Shown here: piece by piece, positions 57,648-64,000 of the stretch | Numbering within the stretch: position 1 is the stretch's first letter | How the letters are laid out: each line of letters opens with the position of its first letter | Assembly: GCA_963814375.1 (NCBI GenBank) | Contig: CAWFCQ010000005.1 | Span: forward strand, 192,001 to 256,000 | Length of the DNA stretch: 64,000 nucleotides | Reading direction: 5' to 3' | Source of the DNA: an uncultured Chloroflexia bacterium | GTDB taxonomy: Bacteria; Chloroflexota; Limnocylindria; QHBO01 | Made by a program: the position numbers and the translations under genes | Notes under the pieces: model-generated | What the model was told of the DNA's origin: nothing | Databases searched by the model: none | What the model saw: only the letters and a program-made list of their open reading frames with translations

Positions 57648-58419
57648 CTATCGCGAGCGGGCGGCGTTGGCCTTGATGGCATCGTGGAGGTACTGGGCCA
57701 TGCCCGGCGCGATCTTCTCGTAGGTGGCGTTGAAGCGCGGATCGGCGATGTACATCTCGGCCAGGCCGACATGGATCTCCGAGGAGCAGTCGTAGAACCA
57801 GCGGCTGATGTGCTGCCGATGCTCTTCGGCCGCGTCCATCGCCTCGGCGCTGTCGGCCGGGCAGCCCGGCCTTCATGGCGGCCACGATGCGATCGCCGTT
57901 GGCCTGCGTCTCGTCCTTCATGCGCTGCCAGTCGGCCTTGGTGTAGCTGCTCGTGCGCCGCTGTGACTCGCGGTAGGCATCGGTGTCGCCCCAGCGCTCC
58001 TCGACCTCATCGGTGTACTGATCCGGATCGAAGTCGCCGAAGACCTCGAGGCGCTCCTCCGGCGTCAGTGAAATTCCCATCGTTCGTGCCTCCATTGCCT
58101 TCTCGACCGCCGCGGCCATCCGCTCCAGCCTCCGGATCCGATCGCGCAGCATCGCGTGCTGGCGACGGAGGTGGGCCGATGCGTCCGCGCCGCCATCCGT
58201 CATGACCGTCCTGATGTCGTCAAGGCCGAACCCGAGCTCGCGGTAGAAGAGGATGCGCTGGAGCCGCTCGAGATCGGCGTCGTCGTAGCGGCGGTAGCCC
58301 GCGTCCGAGCGATCGCACGGCGACAGCAGGCCGATCTCGTCGTAGTGGTGCAGCGTCCGCACCGTGATCCCGGCCATCCGGGCCACCGCGCCAACCCTGA
58401 GCGTCGTCGGTTCGTCCAT
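57648..58419 (-). CDS. tipA: MerR-family regulator with TipAS domain (TipA-like); apparent frameshift near 57860
   Basis: VRTLHHYDEIGLL, LQRILFYRELGF, E..ERWGDTDAY.ES; second frame HRQHI..FY.C...H..LAEMYIADPRF. Confidence 0.85.
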
Positions 58420-58426
58420 CGGAGGC

Positions 58427-58457
58427 ACCCTAGAACCTACCGTAACGTGAGGGTCAA
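58427..58457 (-). promoter_or_regulatory. MerR/TipA-type promoter with 19-bp spacer
   Basis: TTGACC-CTCACGTTACGGTAGGTTC-TAGGGT; the spacer carries an imperfect dyad resembling the Streptomyces tipA operator. Confidence 0.8.
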
Positions 58458-60631
58458 GCGGGCTCGACGTTGCCAGTGCTGCCGTCGACGGTGATGCGCA
58501 TCCCGGTTCGCAGCCGGGCGGTCGCGTCGCCGCAGCCGACGACGGCGGGAATCCCGTACTCGCGGGCGATGATCGAGGCGTGTGCCGCGGCACTTCCCAC
58601 ATCGGTGACAACCGCGGCGGCGCGGCTGAAGAGCGGCGTCCAGGCCGGTGCGGTCATCGGCGCCACGAGGATCTCGCCCGGCTGAAACTCGTCGAAGTCG
58701 TCCGGGCCACGGATGACGCGCACCACGCCGGTAGCTCGGCCACCCGAGGCAGGGGTCCCGGTGACGAGCGCCGTCGATGAGGGCTCCGCCCCGAGCGCGC
58801 GAGGAAAGCCGTCCCACATCCGCCTCAGCATCGGATTGACGGTACCGATGAGCAGGGGCGGCACGAGGCGGGCCTGCTCGACGCGGAGGGCGCGACGGGC
58901 AGCCACGTCGACGCCCGGCTCCAGATGGCCGTGTACTACGGCAGCCAGCGCCTCTCCACGGGTGAGGAAGAAGATGTCGTCGGGCCCTTCGAGCAGCCCT
59001 CGCTCGACGAGCGCCTCACCGATCCTCTCCACGGCGCGCCGCATGACCGGCCAGGGAGCGGTGAGCTCGCTGATCTGCTGCTCGCGCAGCGGGACGAGAG
59101 ACTGCGCGTCGGCGAGAACGCGCTTGAAGGCCGCAAGACGGCGCGGCGACGAGGCCAGCGCTGCGAAGGCCTCCTCCTCGGCGGCGTGGCGCGCCTCCAC
59201 GAGGGCTCGCTGCGCCTCGGGCGGCGGCGGGGACTGTGTCGGGGACGCCGGGAAGAACCAGTCGAGCGAAACGATGGCGTGCGCGCCGTCCGCCGACGGC
59301 ATGCCAAACCCCGTCACCAGCGGGAGGTGGCTGCCGCCCAGCGCTGGACGCAGGTGCCGCCGGTAGAACCCGGCGAGGTTGAACTCGAGCTTGTACGCCG
59401 CGCCGGCCAGCGCCGCCAGCCAGCCGAAGCCCTCGCCGGCCAGGCCGGCCAGCTCGTCGATCAATGGCGGAAGCTCGGCGACGGGCAGCGTCTCAACCTT
59501 GGCCTCCGCGTCCAGGATGGCCACCCGGTAGCGCGGGCGAAAGTCCGCGCGCCACTCTCGCTCGACGGTTCGGAAGCTGTGCCGCACGGTCGCCGGCATG
59601 ACGCCCGCGAGGCGCCGAGGGTGTCGGACGAGGTGCCCGAGCATGCGTGGCAGGTTGCCGATCATGGCGGCCGGTGACGCCCAGTTGAGCGAGTAGAAGT
59701 ACCAGCCGTTGACCACGACGTGCAGGGGCGCGGGCGCGCGCTGCCCGATCTGCTCGACGAACCAGGCGTGCATCCCCGCCTCCATCACCGTCAGCAGCCA
59801 CGACTCGAACAGCGGTGTGACGGGCTCTCCGATCCATTCGCCGAGGCGGAACTGGCGGGTGAACGTGCCGGGCGCCGGCGGCGTCCATGACACCTCGAGC
59901 GGCAGGGCGGTCATCGGCCGAGCCTGCAGCAGCCAGAGCACGCCCGCGCCGTCGATGGCCCACTCGATGTCCTGCGGCATCCCACGCGCTTCGGCGATCC
60001 GTCGCGCCTCGCTGGCGATCTCGAGCGCCTGCCGCGCTTCGATGGCCGACTCGGGCTGCCGACGCGCGGTGGCCTGTCGCTCACGGACGACCCATTCGTC
60101 GCCGGCGGCCGCGCCGGAGACCAGCCGATCGCCGCGACCCCGCACCGCCGTCACGATGATCGACGACCGGTCGCCCGTGAGCGGATCGGCCGTGAGGACC
60201 ACGCCGGCCGCCACCGGCGCGACCATGCGCTGAACGATGACCGCCATGCGGTCGCTGGCCGTGCGCTCGTATTCCGTCACGCGCGCGGCGCGCGCGCTCG
60301 CCAGGCAGCGCTCGACGGCCTTGGCCACGTCGTCTGGCGCCACATCGAGCTCGGTCTCATACATGCCGGCGAACGACCGATCAACCCCGTCCTCAGAGAT
60401 CCCGCTCGACCGGACCGCAAATGGGCCGTTGCCCAGGTCCCGTGTGCCGTCGGCCCGGTCCCACGATCCATCCGACGACAGCGCCGATGGGGTTCCCGCC
60501 GTCACGACGACCCCATCGGGAACGCGAACGCCGGCGGCGATCAGCTCTCCGAGGCTGGCGGCCTTGCCGCCGACCTCAGCCGAGTCGGACGAGCGCACAT
60601 CGCGGAGACGACGGATGACGGCGGCGCTCAC
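58454..60631 (-). CDS. PEP-synthase-like phosphotransferase (rifampin phosphotransferase architecture)
   Basis: N-terminal ATP-grasp VGGKAASL, AVRSS..ED....SFAG, QDIEWA, LQARP; C-terminal His domain AHASIIAREYGIPAVVG. Confidence 0.8.
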   Translation of the reverse strand: MSAAVIRRLRDVRSSDSAEVGGKAASLGELIAAGVRVPDGVVVTAGTPSALSSDGSWDRADGTRDLGNGPFAVRSSGISEDGVDRSFAGMYETELDVAPDDVAKAVERCLASARAARVTEYERTASDRMAVIVQRMVAPVAAGVVLTADPLTGDRSSIIVTAVRGRGDRLVSGAAAGDEWVVRERQATARRQPESAIEARQALEIASEARRIAEARGMPQDIEWAIDGAGVLWLLQARPMTALPLEVSWTPPAPGTFTRQFRLGEWIGEPVTPLFESWLLTVMEAGMHAWFVEQIGQRAPAPLHVVVNGWYFYSLNWASPAAMIGNLPRMLGHLVRHPRRLAGVMPATVRHSFRTVEREWRADFRPRYRVAILDAEAKVETLPVAELPPLIDELAGLAGEGFGWLAALAGAAYKLEFNLAGFYRRHLRPALGGSHLPLVTGFGMPSADGAHAIVSLDWFFPASPTQSPPPPEAQRALVEARHAAEEEAFAALASSPRRLAAFKRVLADAQSLVPLREQQISELTAPWPVMRRAVERIGEALVERGLLEGPDDIFFLTRGEALAAVVHGHLEPGVDVAARRALRVEQARLVPPLLIGTVNPMLRRMWDGFPRALGAEPSSTALVTGTPASGGRATGVVRVIRGPDDFDEFQPGEILVAPMTAPAWTPLFSRAAAVVTDVGSAAAHASIIAREYGIPAVVGCGDATARLRTGMRITVDGSTGNVEPA

Positions 60632-61242
60632 GAGAGTTCGTCCGTTCGTGCCTGCGCGATGAGCGCTCGGAGGAACCAGTCGACGTCCTCCGCAGCCTGA
60701 TCCGGCGAGACCCCGAGATGATCGCGCCACGTCCGCAGCGAGGACTGGGAGACGAGGACGACCAGGAAGCGCGCAATCCGGTCCTGGTCGGTGCCGGTAA
60801 GCGGCGGCTCGACCGACTCGACCAGCCGACGCATCCTGGCGAAGCGTGAGGGCATCGTGACGTGCCTGACCTCGCCGGCGATCGGGCTGGCAAACGCAGC
60901 GCGCTCCATGTCGTCCAAGGCGTCGAGGCGCTCGATGAATCCGCGGACCGCGCTCTTGACGTCGCCGACGCTTTCCGGATCCGGCACCCGATCGAAGCCC
61001 GCGCGCCGAGCCGCGTGCGGGTACATCTGCGCGAGGAGATCGGCCTTTGTTCCGAAGTGCCGATACACCGTCGGGACCGACACTCCCGCCTCGCGCGAGA
61101 CCGCCGGGATGGACAGGCTCGCGAGGCCCGTCGACATGACCCGCAGAGCCGCGTCGAGGATCCGGCTCCGGGTCTCCTCCGCGTGCTCGGCTCGCAGCGT
61201 ACTGCGATATGCACGTGTCTCGCTATTAGCGATACGACTCAT
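60628..61242 (-). CDS. TetR/AcrR family regulator
   Basis: R.Y.S.LR...A..TR.RILDAA and AGVSVPTVYRHFGTKADL. Confidence 0.92.
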   Translation of the reverse strand: MSRIANSETRAYRSTLRAEHAEETRSRILDAALRVMSTGLASLSIPAVSREAGVSVPTVYRHFGTKADLLAQMYPHAARRAGFDRVPDPESVGDVKSAVRGFIERLDALDDMERAAFASPIAGEVRHVTMPSRFARMRRLVESVEPPLTGTDQDRIARFLVVLVSQSSLRTWRDHLGVSPDQAAEDVDWFLRALIAQARTDELS

Positions 61243-61267
61243 ATTGTGAATATATGACTCATGTCAA
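61236..61267 (-). promoter_or_regulatory. TetR promoter/operator
   Basis: TTGACA at 61262-61267; dyad TCATAT-N7-ATATGA and GACTCAT direct repeats overlap the start codon. Confidence 0.55.
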
Positions 61268-61317
61268 GCCTCGGTCCACATTGAGGGCATTCGGGCCCTG
61301 TGATAATCTCGGTGTGA

Positions 61318-61640
61318 CGCGTTGACGCGGGAGCCAGTACGCGCAAAGACCTCGTTTTCGAGCGAGCCGGGACGGTGGAAGCCGGCAAACGAGGAGCGCG
61401 GAACTCGCCCGTCGAGCAGCCCGGTGACGAGCCGGGCCGGGTGGCGCCCGATATCCGCGCTGACGAGAGGACCGACCGAATCCGTGGGGTTGTAGCTCAG
61501 CTGGGAGAGCACCTGCATGGCATGCAGGGGGTCGGGGGTTCGAGTCCCCCCAGCTCCACCACCCCATTGCGGGGAATGGCGGTCAAGCTCAGGTGGTACC
61601 GCGAAGCGCCCCTTCGTCCAGAGCGACGGAGGGGTTTGTC
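61318..61640 (+). ncRNA. T-box riboswitch (Leu, CUC specifier)
   Basis: Stem I with GA kink-turn, AGTA/GAA loop E, AGCGA bulge, GGTGGAA terminal loop and specifier CTC at 61404; T-box AGGTGGTACCGCG at 61591-61603; antiterminator; terminator CCCCTTCGTC/GACGGAGGGG-TTTGT; leuS downstream. Confidence 0.9.
61486..61561 (+). tRNA. tRNA-Ala (GGC), located inside the T-box leader
   Basis: 76-nt cloverleaf with acceptor GGGGTTG/CAGCTCC and G3:U70; anticodon loop AT-GGC-AT; TTCGAGT; encoded CCA. Confidence 0.97.
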
Positions 61641-62228
61641 GTGTCCGAGGATGAGAGCCCAGAACCGATGATCATGACCGGAGCCGGTGAAGCGAAGACG
61701 GCCCGCGATGGGCGCGGATGGACGCTGCGCCCCGCACGGCCGACCGACGGCCGCGCCCTGGCCCGCCTCTTCGCCGCCGTCCGGGACGAGGGCGAATGGC
61801 TTATCACTCCGCCGGGCGCGGTGAGCGAGCCCTCCGAGGCATTCTGGGTAGCCGAGATGATCCGTGCCGCCGAGCACCTGGTGCTGATCGCCGAGGCCGA
61901 TGCGGACGTGGTCGGCAACGTCTTGGTCAGCGTCGACCGCGGGGTCGCCACCGAGCACATCGGCGTGCTATCGATCACGATCGCCCACGACTGGCGCGAC
62001 GTCGGCATCGGCACCGAGCTCGTCGCGGCCGCGCAAGACTGGGCGACCAAGCGCCGCCTGCACAAGGTCTCGCTGGGCGTCTTCCCGGAGAACGTGCGCG
62101 CCATCGCGGTCTACGAGAAGCGTGGATTCGTGCGCGAGGGGCTCCGCCGCGACCAGTATCGGTCCGGCGAGCGCTTCCGCGACGAGGTGATGATGGCCTG
62201 GTTCCCTGACGAGGCGACGGACCGATGA
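61641..62228 (+). CDS. GNAT family acetyltransferase
   Basis: WRDVGIGTEL, LGVFPENVRAIAVYEKRGFVREG. Start uncertain (61641, 61668 or 61674). Confidence 0.85.
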   Translation: MSEDESPEPMIMTGAGEAKTARDGRGWTLRPARPTDGRALARLFAAVRDEGEWLITPPGAVSEPSEAFWVAEMIRAAEHLVLIAEADADVVGNVLVSVDRGVATEHIGVLSITIAHDWRDVGIGTELVAAAQDWATKRRLHKVSLGVFPENVRAIAVYEKRGFVREGLRRDQYRSGERFRDEVMMAWFPDEATDR

Positions 62229-64000
62229 CGACCGAGATGCCCTCCCGCACCCAGCGCCCGGACCGCTACGACCCGGCCGGCTTCGAGCAGGGATGGCGCG
62301 ATCGCTGGGAGGCGGACGAGCTGTACGCCGCCCGCGACGACGATCCGCGGCCGAAGCGCTACGACCTGACGATGTACCCGTATCCGTCGGGTGACCTGCA
62401 CATCGGCCATTGGTATGCCATGACCGGGCCGGACATCGTGGCCCGCATGCATCGGATGCAGGGCTTCAACGTCATGTTCCCGATGGGCTTCGACGGCTTC
62501 GGGCTGCCCGCCGAGAACGCGGCCATCGACCGCGGCATCCATCCGGCGACGTGGACCTACGAGAACATCAACACGATGCGCCGCCAGATGCGGCTGATGG
62601 GCGCGTCGTTCGACTGGAGCCGCGAGGTCGTCACCTGCGACCCGAGCTACTACCGCTGGCAGCAGTGGCTGTTCCTGAAGCTCTACTCCGCAGGGCTGGC
62701 GTACAAGGCGATGGGGACCGTCGACTGGTGCCCCAAGGACAAGGTCGTCCTGGCCCGTGAGCAGGTCGAGGGAACGGATCGGCGCTGCTGGCGGTGCGGC
62801 ACGCCGGTCGACAAGCGCGACCTCGAGCAGTGGTATTTCCGCATCACGAACTACAGCGACGAGCTGCTGAGCTTCGACGGGCTCGACTATCCCGAGCCGA
62901 TCAAGGCGATGCAGACGAACTGGATCGGCCGATCCGAGGGCGCCGAGATCGACTTCCCGACCGAGGCCGATGACGCCGAGCCGATCCGCGTCTTCACCAC
63001 CCGGCCGGACACCGTGTTCGGCGCCACCTTCATGGTCCTGGCGCCGGAGCACCCGCTGGTGGGCGTGCTGACCACCGACGACCGACGCGCCGATGTCGAC
63101 GCCTACGTCAGCGCTGCCCGGCGCGAGACCGAGATCGAGCGCATGAGCACCGAGCGCGAGAAGACCGGCGTGCCCATCGGCGCGCATGCCATCAACCCGA
63201 TGACGAGCGAGCGGATCCCGATCTGGATCGCCGACTACGTGCTGCCCGGGTACGGCACGGGCGCGATCATGGCCGTCCCCGCCCACGACGAGCGCGACTA
63301 CGAGTTCGCGAGGAAGTTCGACCTGCCGATCCGGTACGTGGTGGCGCCGGCCTCCGGCGAGCTGCCCACCGACAAGGCACTGGTGGAGCACTCCGCCGAC
63401 GAGGTGCTGGTCGACTCCGGAGAGTTCACCGGGATGCCGGCATTGGAGGCGATCGGCGCAATCACGCGTGCGCTCGAGGAGCGCGATCAGGGTCGCTTCG
63501 CGGTCACCTATCGCCAGCGAGACTGGGTCGCGGGCCGGCAGCGCTACTGGGGCGCACCGATCCCGATCATCTACTGCGACACCCACGGCGCCCAGCCGGT
63601 GCCGGAGGACCAGCTGCCCGTCGTGCTGCCGACCGACGTCGACTTCGCCCCCACCGGCGTGTCGCCGCTCCAGTCGCACGCGGAGTTCCTGAACGCGACG
63701 TGCCCGGTGTGCGGCGAGCCGTCGCGCCGCGAGACCGACACGATGGACACATTCGTCGACTCGTCCTGGTATTTCCTGCGCTACTGCTCGCCACACGACG
63801 AAACCGCTGCCTGGGACCGCGAGAAGGCCGACGCATGGATGCCGATTCACCTCTACGGCGGTGGAGCCGAGCACGCGGTCATGCACCTGCTCTACTTCCG
63901 CTTCTTCACCAAGGCGTTGCGCGACCTCGGCCTGCTCGGCTTCGACGAGCCGACGCTCAAGCTACGCAACCAGGGCCAGATCCTGGGGGCCGACCACAAT
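62225..64000 (+). CDS. leuS: Leucine--tRNA ligase (3' truncated by window edge)
   Basis: Read manually from ATG 62225: MYPYPSGDLHIGH, GFDGFGLPAENAA, NWIGRSEG, FTTRPDT, YGTGAIMAVPAHD, QRYWGAPIP, DTMDTFVDSSWYF, GGAEHAVMHLLY. Confidence 0.98.
   Translation, partial: MTTEMPSRTQRPDRYDPAGFEQGWRDRWEADELYAARDDDPRPKRYDLTMYPYPSGDLHIGHWYAMTGPDIVARMHRMQGFNVMFPMGFDGFGLPAENAAIDRGIHPATWTYENINTMRRQMRLMGASFDWSREVVTCDPSYYRWQQWLFLKLYSAGLAYKAMGTVDWCPKDKVVLAREQVEGTDRRCWRCGTPVDKRDLEQWYFRITNYSDELLSFDGLDYPEPIKAMQTNWIGRSEGAEIDFPTEADDAEPIRVFTTRPDTVFGATFMVLAPEHPLVGVLTTDDRRADVDAYVSAARRETEIERMSTEREKTGVPIGAHAINPMTSERIPIWIADYVLPGYGTGAIMAVPAHDERDYEFARKFDLPIRYVVAPASGELPTDKALVEHSADEVLVDSGEFTGMPALEAIGAITRALEERDQGRFAVTYRQRDWVAGRQRYWGAPIPIIYCDTHGAQPVPEDQLPVVLPTDVDFAPTGVSPLQSHAEFLNATCPVCGEPSRRETDTMDTFVDSSWYFLRYCSPHDETAAWDREKADAWMPIHLYGGGAEHAVMHLLYFRFFTKALRDLGLLGFDEPTLKLRNQGQILGADHN

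Noticed and set aside
56749-58611. Apparent MerR-methyltransferase fusion (620 aa)
   Set aside because: The tipA frameshift reads through the intergenic palindrome; the true TipAS end is in ORF 57648..57839.
61407-61409. GCC (Ala) as the T-box specifier matching the embedded tRNA
   Set aside because: Its C residues pair in the Stem I basal helix. The canonical position after the GAA loop E is CUC, which fits leuS.
49509-61561. Genomic island bounded by the two tRNA-Ala genes
   Set aside because: Both are complete tRNAs with different anticodons rather than att duplications; there is no integrase and no compositional shift.

Overview
GC-rich bacterial chromosomal window made mostly of core genes. 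The combination of a GAAC-N4-GTTC LexA box, a CIRCE/HrcA system, a T-box leader, an F420-dependent LLM enzyme and many leaderless genes suggests Chloroflexota or a related monoderm lineage (inference only). In order it contains: the end of an arginine deiminase cluster (arcC, arcA, two transporters, a P-type ATPase); hrcA-grpE-dnaK with a perfect CIRCE; hemW, lepA, a VanW protein and an extended rpsT; ROK-gap-pgk-eno; uridine phosphorylase; a surface protein with lamin-tail and OB-fold domains; carAB; a split SOS mutasome (imuA-imuB-small ORF and dnaE2, each with its own LexA box); two tRNA-Ala genes; an AapJQMP-type ABC transporter; a TetR/Rph-like/TipA cluster; and the start of leuS. About 12 genes carry single apparent frameshifts, probably assembly indels. 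Main discoveries: (1) a complete tRNA-Ala(GGC) embedded inside a Leu-specifier T-box riboswitch upstream of GNAT-leuS; (2) a family of ~136-bp palindromic elements inserted in frame three times, only in the mutasome genes dnaE2 and imuB; (3) a standalone rod-shaped small RNA candidate with its own promoter and terminator; (4) a CarB lacking its allosteric domain, paired with a PyrR-like RBS-sequestering leader.
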